A stretch of DNA of 63,766 nt from Chlorokybus atmophyticus. Lineage: Eukaryota; Plantae; Mesostigma and Chlorokybus algae. Positions 1 to 13,800 of this stretch are shown here, in pieces. Position 1 is the first letter of the stretch; each line of letters begins with the position of its first letter. The notes under the pieces were generated by a model that had not been told where the DNA came from, searched no databases, and worked only from the letters and a program-made list of their open reading frames with translations. Position numbers and translations under genes: made by a program. The stretch covers positions 62,235 to 126,000 of the forward strand of contig RHPI01003508.1 of the NCBI GenBank assembly GCA_009103225.1, given 5' to 3'.

Positions 1-129
1 GGGGCGGGGGGTGCTTTGTGTGTAAGAAAATCTTTCTCTACTAACAGCAAAATCGTCACACCAAGCTATGCACTGTCATCCTTGCCTATCATTGCACAAG
101 CATACTCACACGCATGTCAGCGGCATGCA

Positions 130-365
130 AGCACGCCTACACAACAACACTGCCGCAGCTGCCAGCACAGCGTCCGCTTCCGCTGTTGGCGCCGCCGTCT
201 GGACCGGACCCCAGCCTGGTACTGCCGCTACGACTGCCGCCCCCCGCTCCAGGATGGTGATGCCCTGGGCGCGCTGCAGCGCGCAAGACACGCGCTGCCG
301 GTACAGAGCCAAGTAGCCCGATAGCCTGCGCAATGGCAGGTCACGTGCAGCCAGTGCCCTCCTAG
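130..365 (-). mobile_element. Possible 3'-terminal ORF fragment of a non-LTR retrotransposon (RTE/RTEX-like), decayed
   Basis: Minus frame reads LALYRQRVSCALQRAQGITILERG, resembling the C-terminal 'QRLSxALQRxNA' motif of RTE/RTEX-type ORFs. No RT core is visible, so this is motif recall only. Confidence 0.35.
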
Positions 366-1536
366 CGCATGTGTAAAGGGGGGCTATGACAATGTATGAC
401 GATGAAATACAACATTTAGAATATCAAAAGTGATAGTACGATTACAGCATTGCACTTATTGTACACTCCGGGCAATGTGACCCTAACCCAATAGCGCCAA
501 CACTTTACATTAGGTATGTAAGACTCCATAATCACTCAACACCTGACCCGATGCGAACTTCAATACAGGTGACAAGCTCATTACAACATTGCCTTACAAT
601 ATGCAATGCTATTCACGCACAACTTCTGCCTTCGTGCATTGGTGTTGACACATGATTTGAGACTTCCCGAATCTTTATTGGTGTGCATCCACAATTGCAT
701 ACAGACTGTTTGCACGGGCTTTTCGTGGCAGTGGTAGACGTAGAGGTAGACGTAGAGGAGTGGTTCGGAAAGGTAAAGGTTGTGCTGAGAACGATTGTGA
801 CCTCACGCGTGGCATCACGCGCATCTTCACCACAACCGCTTCCACCTTTCCAACCCACTCCTCTGCATCAAGCCCAGCATAGAATCTATACGCAATTGTG
901 CTCACCAATGCAACTAATGCTCACCAATGCAACTATCACAGGGGGACCAGCGCCTTGTGCGCATAATGGCATGAACCTAGGTTCTGTCCAAGTAGTAGGC
1001 TTGCTGCTCGCATGCGTACAGATCACACATACTCCAAAAGATTATGATGATGATGCCTTCTCCAGCAAGTCTACCTTCACTTCCCCTTTCTCACCCTCGC
1101 CGCTGTGTCTACCAAATGGTGTTGTGTTAAGAAACTTGGACGACTTCAGCCTGAAGGGCGTCCGAGGATCCTTTTGGTAATACCAAGAGGAGGAAAGCTC
1201 ATACAGAGAGGCCAAAGGAGAATAGAGCACGTATCCCGTAGCTCTGGCAATGCAAATCTCATGTACCGATACCTGTCTTCGAGCGAAGCCTGTGTTGCCC
1301 TTGTATGATGCAGCCATGGCATGGTGGGTAAGGCTGTAGTCTTCCTCAAGCTTGGCATACAGCAAACCATCGCCTCGGAGGGGGAGGCACCTTTGTTGTG
1401 AAACTTGTCAAGTCATTTCTGATTTCTTGATGCCAATGAAGAACTCCCAGCTGGACTTCCACAACCGTTCTACTGCGCAATGCTCCGCAACATGCCTTGT
1501 GGCACAGCGTGAACCCGAAGTCACACGCACACGGCT

Positions 1537-1765
1537 TGTGTACATGCGTACTTGCACTTCCAGCTACCTCTTTGCTTAGCATTGATCATGCTGTGTGCAT
1601 GTGTGCATGTTGAGCATGCAGGCCGGATGCATGTCCGCACGCATGCACATACCTGTGTACATGCGTACCTGCACTTCCAGCTACCTCTTTGCTTGGCATT
1701 GATCATGCTGTGTGCATGTGTGCATGTTGAGCAGGCAGGCCGGATGCATGTCCGCACGCATGCAC
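1537..1765. repeat. Near-perfect tandem duplication, 117-bp period, about 2 copies
   Basis: tgtgtacatgcgtac...cagctacctctttgctt...gcatgcac starts at 1537 and again at 1654, with only a few substitutions. Confidence 0.9.
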
Positions 1766-2289
1766 TTGCATGCAGACAGGCACCGCACAAGCATGGAGTA
1801 GCGTGATGCCCCGGGGCGTGATGTAACTCTGTTGGTTTGCTTGAGTCTTGCTGTTGTGTTGCGTGTGTTTCCACGGACTGCATGTGTGCAATATGACTCA
1901 TACCCTATGCATGCACGGCGTGCGTGTAGACAGGCAGACGCACATGCATGCCTGCGCATGAAGCGAAATGAATAGCATGCATGCCTGCGCGCATAATCTG
2001 CACGCAGACACAAACACGTATGCAAGCATGCACACAGGTCTTGGCGGACACGCATGCAAACACGCTGCCTCCAAAGAAAGCCGCTTGCAGATCCAGCGCA
2101 AGTGCACAGCTAAGACCTGATTAAGAACTTGACACGATTGAAAAAGGCATGTACGTGCAGCTGTTCACTTCCTCACCTCTTCCCAAGCCGCTCATGCCTC
2201 TCCTACCTGCTCCTGACTGACTCCTCTCTCAGGGCTCCCCTCCAAGGGTTCCCCACCGTCGCCGCCGCCGGTTCTCGCTGAATCAGGCG

Positions 2290-2682
<393 letters not shown>

Positions 2683-2796
2683 GCGTCGCCCCTTGCCGCC
2701 GTCTCTGCCGGCGACTTGTGTGTCTTGTGGAGAGCGAGAGAGACTGACTCCGACGCCTCCTTTCGCTGGTCAAAAGGGTAAAACGGGTCAAAAGTT

Positions 2797-2857
2797 CCCT
2801 TGTTTGATACTGAGAGGCAGAAGGGTAAAGAGGTCCCTTGTGTGATACTGAGAGGCA
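2797..2857. repeat. Short direct repeat (23-bp core, 38-bp period)
   Basis: cccttgtttgatactgagaggca (2797-2819) and cccttgtgtgatactgagaggca (2835-2857). Confidence 0.8.
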
Positions 2858-3635
2858 AAGTAGAACTGCTGCAGCATTGTACAGAGGGTGAGCAACTGGC
2901 TGCAGGCGGACAGGGATTGAAGGGATCGATCAGGAATAGAGACCTACCTGGTGGGGGTGGGGGTGGTGGCGGGCTTCATTACCATCATGACAGCATCGAT
3001 TGCACATTATATGGAACATGCGACGTATATGAGATGCATCTACTGCATGCTTGAGCCTGCGCCATTCAGAAATAAGCCACGCTTGCAAACAATGTGAACA
3101 TGTAGGCTGCCCGATGATGCAGATGCAAGGGTACCTTAACAACAGAATCTACACCATCACAAGCACAGCATAACCCACTCTTCTCTTTCTCCATTACGCC
3201 TTGATACATGTGCCGGGCACGCAAAGCTGAAACGACACTCTCTACTACTACTACTGCTGCTGCTGCTGAGAACATGCAAAAGTCTGCATTGTTGGGTTGC
3301 GAGAATGAGCTCCTTGCGACTGGTTTCGCCCATTGCGCAGAAAAAGCAAATCCAGCGGAATGAGAAGCTCCTCTACACAAGTTGGGAGGTCTGTCGAGTG
3401 GCTTGGGCGGTAGTATGGAAAGGCTTGCCTTCAGCTGCTGAATGCAGCAGCGAGAGTTGGTAACATATCAGAAGACAAAGTGAGCTACCTTGCCAACTGA
3501 CATGCGGAACACACTGAGACAGTGCAACCTCACCTCTGCAGTCGTCAGACCCACGTGCTCGCATTTGAGAGCCGCATGCTTGTTGAGCCGTCTCGCCGCG
3601 CGTACAACATGACCCACACGACAGCGCAGACGAAA

Positions 3636-6600
3636 TCAGAACTTCATCCACTTCTTCTGGCGCTCCCTGTCGAGGATCCCCTTCTCGCTCTTCGCCCGCG
3701 CGCCCTCCGCATCGGCAAGCTGTTGCCGCGTCGACTCCAGCTTGGCTCTGATCTGCACAGGTATGAGTTTGAGTGTGCACGCTTGACGCACAACGTCATG
3801 ATCAGAGGCATGTGTTGGCACCCAACAGTTGCATGCTGTGAACACATGCAAACACGCATGCACATACACACAAGCACGCACACACGCACAAACACACCAT
3901 CTATTAATACAGACTTCATCACTCTGTCAATGTGCACCATTAAAGGCAAGCGCACACTGCTCGCAGCCACACCCAATACAATGCTCTTTTTTGCCCAGTG
4001 GTATCAATGCTGACAATATACACTACGATATACGCCACAAGACACGCCTAGCACACACCAGTTGTGTACCATTATCAAAGTGGCCACGCAATGATACCTG
4101 AGGACCGAGCAAGCGGTCGGCTTTATTACGCACCGCCATCTCTTCCAACCTTGACACCTACACAACAGAACACAATGCTCAGGTGAATGCGCTTACAGAC
4201 TCATGAAACAACAAAACAAACAGCAGGATGTTGCAAACTGCTGCGTGCCTTTACTCGGAGGTTGTTGATATCGTCCTGCCGCGTTAGCAGCCCGCTCCTG
4301 TTGTTGGCGTGCGCCACTTTTGACATTGCCTTTGCGCCCCCCTCACCGGCATCATCTTTGCTCTGTCACAGAAACACAAAGCAGTGCAGGCAGTGAGTTG
4401 TGACTCATTCGACATATGTGGAAGACGAAAAACTGGTAGCAACATATGATGACATAACATTCCATAAAACAACAGACCTATGGATCAGCCCAAAAGACAC
4501 AACAGACGTTTTCATAGAGTAAGAAGAAAACAAGAACACAAGTCTTGTCTCTCTTACCCGCGCTTGACTGTTGTTGTCTGCCGCTTGCTGCTGCTGCCAG
4601 CTGGCGGCGTCCGGGTTCGCCAGCTGTCCAATGACGTCAAACACGCCGTTAGACTGCGCCTCCACATCCTTCATGTGCTCCTGCTTCGCGCGCGCGGCGT
4701 CGGCGAACCGCTTCTTCCGACTGCAGACACAACAGTGGCTAAGTTGACACGAAAACAACTGCATGCGTGCGTGTATGTGTGCGCGCGTGTGCGCGTGCGC
4801 ATGTGTGTCTGTGTGCGCATGTGTGTGTGCTTGTGCTAGCATACATGCCTGCGCGTGAGCGTGCATGTGTGAGGACGAGTGTTCAAGCACATGCACAACT
4901 GCACAACGCAACATAAAAGGTCAACACGTTCAGCACATACGCATATATGTGAACGTACATATACCTGTATAAGTATTAACATATAAATATGCGTGCACAT
5001 GTACGTATATGCAAACACAAGTGACTGCCGAGTGAATGGCCCAAAATTGAAGTGTCAGGGTACCAAAAGTACACATTCTTTTCAACATCTCAGCATCACA
5101 CACGTGGCACCTGCGCTCCCCTCCGCGCCTCTTCTTCCGTTTACTCGTCTTGGCCGCCGCATTCGATGCGTGCACGAAATCGAGCGACCGTTTGGGCGGC
5201 AACACCGTCACCTGTAAAGCAAAGAGCGATTGCGATCAAACAACATTGACTTCAACACCAACAGCTAGCTGTTGTGCGCAAATGCAAAGCGAGTGCATGG
5301 GCAACAACAACCTTGTGTGTGCACACACGGTACCGAACAATGGTGAATCTGAGGCTATTGCCACAAGCTGCAACGCCAACAAATCAAGATGAAGATTTCA
5401 TGCACACAGGCTCGCCCACATCTCTCTCACACACAGTCACCCTCGCGACCACAACACGCACATAGACACACAGGCGACGCAACGCGAACAAACACACACA
5501 CACGCACACACACATACACACGTGTCCATTCCAGTGGGAGTCGACAGGTCACAAGGCACAAACCCCACCCCACCATCGCCTCACCAACCACCAACCACAC
5601 AACAAACCGACACACGACTTGCTTCTCGTACCGTCAGTGGCGCGACGATCCCCTGGCGCTCTCTGCCGAGCCCCTCCCCAGACACGTAACCCATGGCGGC
5701 CATGAGGCGCGAGGCCACGCCGCGGGTGTGCGCCTCCCATGCGGCGAAACGCAACGTGTCCGAGTAGACGCTGGACGTCGTCGAGACCTCCGCCAAGGCG
5801 ATGTTGTCATCGAGGTCGTCGCTATCGTCATCGTGGTCGCTGTCTCTGCGTGCGTGCGTGCGTGCGTGCGTGTGTGTGTGTGTGTGTGTGCGTGCGTGTG
5901 CGCGCATGCATGTGCGTGCGTGTGTGCAACGGTGTTGAGCGAGTGGATGTGCGACATGCGTATGGGAATTGCAAGGGGCGACGGAAATTGCTTCTACTAT
6001 TGCTTTGGCATGGCAACCAGCTATTAGCCAGCCGCTGGCTGACAGCTGATCTTGCCATGGCAATGCTATATTAAAACAATTGCCATCGCTTTATACAGTT
6101 ACAAGACGCATGTCCCCCATCCACCCACTCAACACCGACGCAGGTGGGATTGAGCACCATTGCTCCATCAGTGTTGCAGGTTTGCAGCAACGGGTAGTTG
6201 CAACATGAGTCACATCATGCGCCTGCGTGTGTGTACGCATGCACAACCACGCACATGCGTGTGTGCGCATTGTTGTTGACACAACGTGTACTCCCCTCAC
6301 ATGCAAACACACTCACTCGCTGTCTCCATCCCTGTCTGCTCCAGGCGGCATCACGATGAACTCCTCTTCAACCTCCTCAACACGTCCATCACGCACGAAA
6401 GCCACGCGGTAAGTTGTCGGCGTCTCGCCTTGGCCTTGGAGCTCAGCCATTGCAAAGAGCGTGCTTTCGGTATTGTTGTTGTTGTTGCTGTTTGTGGTGG
6501 TGGTGTTTGTTCGGGCGAGGACGGTTGTGCCTTGCGGGAGTTGTGTCAGGTCGGGTCGCTTGTATGCGTGCAATGCGTCCGAGCTGACCATTAGGCCGTG

Positions 6601-8348
6601 AGAGTACCTGCACATGTTGTTGAGACTACTTTGTAGGTACTGCGCAACAATAATGGTAACAATAATAGTATTGACAACTTACGACCGCGGGATCACTAGA
6701 CTTGGCCACTTCACAAGCACGACACATGCACGCAAGTGTGTGCGTGTATGAGCTTGCGCGCATATGTGCGAGCGCATGTATGTGTGCGCGCGTCTACATG
6801 CGTGCATGTGTGTGCATGTCTACAAGTTTACGTGTTTACATGTGTGTGTGCACACGCGAGTGGGTGCGTGTATGTGCATAGTAACCACTATTGACAAAGC
6901 ACAACCAGCAAGACTCTTCTCACCTGCATTCGGCATCAAACCGACACCGCCCCAGCTGATAAAACCTGCATATCAGCTGCCGCGGCTCAGTCGGCGCAGC
7001 ATGCCGTACACGCACGCCACTCTTGATGTTACCGCCACCACCATCGCCCACATCACCATCGTCAACTTGCATGACGACCACGGGATACCATCTCCCATCT
7101 GTATCACGCCACTGGGCCCAATCGCCAACGCGGAAGGCATTGCTGCTTGTGTCCTCTTCGTTGCCATCATCTTCATCGTCATCGTTGTCGTCGTTGTTGG
7201 GATTGTTGGCGCCGTTTGTGGCCAACACCGCGTCGCAGTACTCCAGCAAGCGCGCCTGTGTGCGTGGGTACAGGATTAGGTGTATGAACGACACTCTTCA
7301 CGCATGCAGAAGGCCATGAAAAGGCAATGTTTGCTTGTTTGAGATTCTCATGCCAGCATGATGCAATGTACTGTCAACATGGCATGCACCACTCGTGCAT
7401 GCCATGGCGCAATTCTCAGAACAGTACACACAGTTGCACGCAAGACTCCTGTCTCTCATGCGAGTTTAAACTTCATTCCAACATGCATGCACGTAAACCT
7501 TGCGCTCGACATTCAAACACTTCTGTGTGACGAAGAATGCGAGACACAACAATGTCGTACGCGCACCTTAGCAGCAGTGCCAACCAACACGAAAACACTG
7601 CCATCACCGTTGCTGCTTGCCTGTCTGAGCTCCAGTAGCGCCTCTTCAAGCGAAGCCACCGCCGACGCGAGCTCTTCTTCTGCTGCGGCGAGCTCAGCCG
7701 CACCCGGCTCCGCCACCAAAGCATCCTGAACAAGAAGCACAACATTATCCCTGGATTGTTTACAACGTATAATCTGAGAATAAGATGCACCTACTACAGT
7801 GACTGAAGACTGGAGGGTGGGTAGTATGCTGTGTGTTTCCCTTATTTAACTAGCATGGCAGGTGGTCATGATGTTTGCATTGTTAAAACGCTTGTTTTGT
7901 AAGGCAGTGCGCACGACTTTGTGCGTTGGTATCAAGTGCTGAACATTTATGCCACCTCGGCTATGGTTACATCGTACGCAGTACCGGCAGAGTTTGAAGG
8001 TTGAAACTGCATTGACAAAAAGCATGACAACTTGAATGCTGCCAACAACGCTGAAATGGTTTCTAGTAGCACAACGGCATGCATGCACTAAGACACCTGA
8101 TCGTTGCGCAGCATGCAACTGAGCTGCAAACACAGAACCCTTGGATAATAAAACACATATAGTAATGTGTTACAGCGCCTGGCAAGTCAGTCAATGCCCC
8201 AACCCACCTGTACGTGCTGCAGCGCCTCCTTCTGATCCGCCAGCTGCGCCTCCAGCTCCGCCTCGATGTCGTCGCCGTCGTTGCCCTCATCCTGGTGGCC
8301 CCCTCCTTCTGCCGCCTCTGTCGCTGGCGAGTCGGGTAGAGACGCCAT
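3636..8348 (-). CDS. ZGPAT: Zinc finger CCCH-type with G-patch domain protein (multi-exon)
   Basis: Exons encode an N-terminal helical region (IEAELEAQLADQKEAL), a Tudor-like region, a CCCH finger (CRFYQLGRCRFDAECR|YSHG), a G-patch (WEAHTRGVASRLMAAMGYVSGEGLGRERQGI) and a C-terminal coiled coil ending KKWMKF*. Splice phases checked at several junctions are consistent. Confidence 0.9.
5930..6137. repeat. Intronic element bounded by ~32-bp imperfect inverted repeats (MITE-like)
   Basis: 5931-5961 matches the reverse complement of 6106-6136 at 27 of 31 positions; lies inside a ZGPAT intron; no target-site duplication seen. Confidence 0.6.
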
Positions 8349-9556
8349 CGCCACCACCACCACCGCCGTCCAGCCTGATGGCCTCAACAAGACAGGCTGA
8401 CAACTTTGGCCTGGACTATCGGTGGTCGCTTTGTTGGTGGCAGCGGCGGGGCGGCGCTATAAGATTGGGATCTAGTGCACACAGTCCTGATTGTATTTGT
8501 CAACGAGCGTGCACAGCTCGTGTCAAGCTCCCTAACTAGCACACCTCACCTACACCACCTACACCACCACCTCCTTTAGGGGCGTCTCTCAGGCAGGCTG
8601 GTCGGGTTCCCAATGCCAACAGCAGCAGCGCCAATGGCGTTCATGTTTACTCGAACGTCCGTCAACCGCCAGGTAGTTATACATGTGCTGGCTGTTTCTG
8701 TCAGCTGTGTGTGTGTGTGCTTGAGCATTGTGTAGCTTTAGTATTGCTGTTGAGTGTTATAACTGAGTTGTTTAGCATGCTATCTGAAGAACATGTGCTG
8801 GCTGCGCTATGCTGGCTGCTCATGTGTGCAGGTGTGTGTGTGTGTGAGAGTGTTACTGTTAATAGTAACTCATGCTGCTGTGCTTGGGCATGTTGGCACA
8901 TGTTTTTGCATACTGTGCACATCTGTGCGTGTTTGCACAGGCATTTGTCCCTGCATGGCGTTGCTACGTGTGCATGCCAACGTCTTGGCTGGCATGTGTT
9001 GGCTGAGCACAGGGGTAATCCTCAGGCGCAGTTCCATCAACTTGCAGTACAAGCAGACTGGGTAGCCCTAGGCGTAGGTCCCAGCTTGCTCCATGCGTAT
9101 CGTGCGAATTACCATGCATGTTGAGGCTGATGTTGTGATGTGATCTATTGCGCAGACCCCGCGGGCCTTTGGGTTCCCTTAAAACTCTACCCCTGACCTT
9201 AACAAAACTGCTCCTCCGTGCACTGCGCCGGCACATGCTGCTTGGCACTACCCTACCTGTCTGCCCTTGCATCATAGAGCACGTAGGGATCAGACCCCGT
9301 CGCTAAGGTGCGGAATTGTGGTTGATGATGATGATGTATGCGTGAACAGCTATTAGCGTACGTGCTGTCCTGAGCTGTGTTCGTCTACTACTTTCTCTAT
9401 TGCTCGCCACGATGATCGCCCGCTTGCCCCTATTTGACTGCCCCATGCTTTGCCAACAAAGCAGTCTTAGACCAACAACTACATGCCCCGTTCGGAACAC
9501 CTAACAAACCTCAACCTCAATCCAACTTGTGCAATCCTGGGATTACGGCAGTTCCC

Positions 9557-9948
9557 ATGGCGGCGGGCGTGGCTGTTCCCGTGATGGCAGTGGCAACAGG
9601 CGTACCTAGTTTGCGGCACCGCTTGAATCGTCGTCCTCCGTTGAGACATGGAGCTCGCAGTACGATGGTTGTTAATGCTATAGGTTGGTATCGTGCGTGC
9701 AAGTACTGCCCTCCCCCCTCCCCCCTTCAGTGGTTATGAACGTGTTGTCTCCCGGGGCTGAAGACCGGCGCTTTTATGAAGATTACGATGCCGGCTTCAA
9801 GCGCATGTTTGAGCGTCTTAACAAGATTGATGCGACCCCTTGGCGTCTGGAGGAAAGCATGGACCAAGGACGACAGGCACTTTGCAGACACCAGCTTTGC
9901 GGTCATCAGCTCTGCAGACAACAAGAAGTTGGACAATGCGATGGATAG
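9557..9948 (+). CDS. Hypothetical small protein, possibly plastid-targeted (or decayed gene)
   Basis: MAAGVAVPVMAVATGVPSLRHRLNRRPPLRHGARSTMVVNA resembles a transit peptide; a pyrimidine-rich acceptor near 9730 leads into VVMNVLSPGAEDRRFYEDYDAGFKRMFERLNKID. The donor is weak, the intron short and no family was recognised. Confidence 0.3.
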
Positions 9949-10830
9949 GCTTTAAGCTATTGAGACGAAGAAGCGCTCCCACACAATTAACATCATCTCG
10001 ACTGCCGTGATCACTTTCATCAGAGCTGCATTCCTACGCATGGTTGGGAGTGTGAGGACATTGCTCAGCCGCATAACACGCTACACGGACCATGTAGATA
10101 TATATACAGAGTGTTACATCAACACCCTATGACAAGATTGACATTTTCTTTGCATTTGTGATCACTTGGACTGCAGTTGCCTACGTGTGAATCCTGCACG
10201 TCCTAATTATTTGTAGATATATTGTGTGGGTGAAGGGGGGGGCGGGGGCGGCAGCAGCAGAATCTCCATCACAACTGGACAGTGAAGCACAAGTCAGCTA
10301 ACTAGATATGCTTACCTTGTGCACCATGCATGCACAATAGATATGGTTGAGTAAGCCGGCACACTTTGATGGGAGAAACAGTTGCAGCCACAAGCAAGGC
10401 AAGCACAACCAAGACAAACACTAGGTGTCCACTGCGTGCCCCACTACGTTGAACGGTGCACATACCATGCAATATATAAATACCCCATGTCATTCAAGCC
10501 TCCTGCATGACCACCACTAACTACCACTAACCACACAACATACAACCCACAACACTAGCACACCATGTGTTGGCACAGGTGCGTGCATGTGTGCACAAAT
10601 GCCTCTCCCGCATACGCAAGGTTACAAGCGAGCAAATGCGTAAGGGGCAAGTCATCCCGCCAAACTGCAGGTATCTGGCCAGATGCAAATGCACAAATAT
10701 AGCGCAGATCTCAAAGGACACAGCAAACTGGTGTGACAGTGCACAAACCTACAACGCGCTGAGCAGCACATGGATATGTACAACGCCAGATGTTGCCTGG
10801 CTACATACAGAAACAGACAACTACGACTTT

Positions 10831-13800
10831 TTACAGCGCAGGGGTCTCCGCCACAGCGCGGTCGATGGCGTTGCGCACCTCGTGCTGAATCTCCGAGCGG
10901 GTGTTGTCTAGCTTCTGCAGGGCCATTGGGATGGGGAGAGCATAGTGCTTCCCGCCAACACCCTGCGCATGTAAGGAGTGTGTGGGTTTACAAGTATTTG
11001 TTGGCTTTCAACACAAACGAGTTCGACTCGAGACATGCACTCACTTGCGACACCAACTGCAGCTTCTTGAGCTTGTCCAATGCATCCTCCACGTCAAAGT
11101 TAGTGCGCTCACGGAGGTGGCGGGCGAGGATGTCCTCGCAACGCTTGTCCAACTCCTGCGGTGGAATACCAACTCTCACAACACAAGTGGTGGCATAGCA
11201 CAGCTGTGCATGTTGGGCTGTACACGCCAACATGCACAGCTCTGCATGCTCTGACTGGTGTTGACAACGGGGCCAGCACAATGCAAGCGACGAAACATAT
11301 AACAGACAACAAGTAGTACAAGTCAGGAGTTTAGACTTGCTGCATTGGCCTACCCTTGCATCAGCCGGGCCAGACAGCAGCAGGCAGAAGTATGCGACAA
11401 GCACCTCCTTGGCCTGTCAGCGGGCATGCAGAGTTATGTAACAGCATGTAGTGATAGTGATGTTGAGTATGCAACCAATTGCGTGGTCGTTAGAATGTTG
11501 TACTTCACCTCTTGCTGCACAACGTCATGGCACAGCCGCAGAAGAGTGCTGCGGCCGCTGTCCAGCTGTTTTTCGTACATTGTGCTGTTAACGACGTTCA
11601 TATATATCCGTTGCGCTCCAGCCCACCTACATATCAGTTGTGGACATGAGCTAATGCGCTCTCTTGTATGCAATGGGTCACCAGGTTAACTATGTTGCAA
11701 AACTGCATAAGCGCTTACATGAAGTAGATCCTGGCACAGTAGGATAGGAATGCAATGAAAATGCCAACCACCACCTTGAAGTCCATTTCCCATTGCTGTC
11801 CTACGAGTAATGCAGCCTGCAAGCAAACGCACAGCGCAATGCGTGGGTTGTTGCACACATAAACACAGGTGCTGCTGTAAGGCCTTGTCACGTGTCCCAT
11901 CAATATCCAATGGTTGATAGCGCTGTTGCTTACCAACCCTGAACCAGCTGAGCCCACCAACTTCAGCATATCAAAGGCACTCAAGCCAGGGACCTTCTTC
12001 TCAGGCTGCAAGCATAGCGCATAAGAGACAGACACGCAGTTGACTGCTGGTTGCTATGTTTGGCACAGCCCCGAGTGCGGGCATACAGACATGAGACAGC
12101 CGCAGCAGGCAGATGATCCAGTTATGGGGTCCAAACTCTTCACACGCTTACCAGAACAATCTCCATGTCTGCCATTGGGATGTCCCGGAAGTGCTTGATG
12201 TAGATTGCCCTGTCTTGCTCGGGTGGCTTTGTGTGCGTTGAGGTCGGCTGCGGAGTTGCTTTTCTGCGCACGGGAGAAAGGAAGCAAGTGTTAGTGACGC
12301 TGTTCAGTTGCAAGTGGAGTCCTGCTGGTTGGTATGTGTTGTGATGGGAATGGCACTATTGATTACAAATAGCCAGCACGAATGCGCATTCTGTTATAGA
12401 AATGATGCCACTGAGTGGAATGAGGACCATGGATAAGGGCAGTGCCAGTATGACAGCAGAAAAATTAGCCAATGCCTTGACGCGAAGTGACATGACCATT
12501 GCTAAAGGCTATTATGCTTTATGTAAGCGCAACCAAGGCAGCTGATACATCGTAATCTTTCATTGTGCAACAATGCCTTTGACATTCAAAGTCTCCTGCA
12601 CTCGAAAGAGCCGTGCATACAAGTGTGTGCAAGCAGTCTGTCAGAGCGCACCTGTACACTACAACCATGCGCTCGAAGGTAGGTTCCTGTACAGTTGCCG
12701 GCAGAAGCAAGTTCTTTGGCCTGCGTTGCAGTGCAGGCAGTCGGAAACCCGTAAACCTGCAGCAACTGGCATGCAACAACTAGATTGGGATGCACAACAA
12801 CATACGTGAACTGCATATTCTCAACTCGTACTCGCTCCACCACAATGTTCTCATCGTCATCAGCGCCAGTACCCCTGTACAGACAAATGTGGTAAACAGG
12901 GCTCGGTGAGCTTGTTAAGCACACGAGTGCAACAGCAGATTGCTGCAAGACACAACTTACGCTGGTGCCTGGAGCCCCTGCCTTGCAGGCAACTGGCTAA
13001 CGTCAGGAGGAGGTACAATATGCGCTCCACTCTTGGTTTGCACCATAACACCTCTGAATCATAATCTCAGTCGTTGCCATCTTGAAACCAAGCATGCGCA
13101 GTATAGTTGAAGTCTCACCTGAGGAGTTTCAGTGCGTTTGCAAACGCCCGCGCCACGATGGTGTTCAACTTGTCCATAATGAACATGTCTGTTGTGCGAT
13201 CAATGCCGACTCCACGCCGAAACATGAGAAACTGCAGCGAACAGGTATATTGTTAACTGCACATCTTAAAGCAACTGGCAAACAGCACTCACCCTATCTG
13301 AGAATTGCGGGCGGTCACTGCTGAGCTCCGGATTGTTCTGCCAGAAGCTCGACAGCATCTTGTCATCTATCTGCAGAGTCCTAATGAGTCAGCAAACTCG
13401 ACTTCAATACAACCAGTCTGGCACGACAACCACAAGCTTGCAAGAGATGGTATGCACAGCTTTTTGTTTAATGTGCTAAGTGCTAAAGGAAAGGTTGGTT
13501 TTAACCAAGGCGGTGTTGATGTGAACATCTTTCAAGCTTCAGATGCTCACCTTGGTCACATCAGGTTCCACTGGAAACTGCAGTAGATATTTTGTGTCTT
13601 GCGCAACTGCAATGGTGTCGTTGGTCACCAGCTTGAAGTTGCACTTGTTCATCACCTACGAAGACTTCTGATGTGATGTTGCACTCCGTCAACAAGCTTG
13701 ATAATTGATATACTGCCAAGGGAGGCTCACCTGCCATAAGTTCTTCAGGAACCTCTGTTCGTATGCATCTGCTTGAGCAGGAGTCACACTTAATTGCTGA

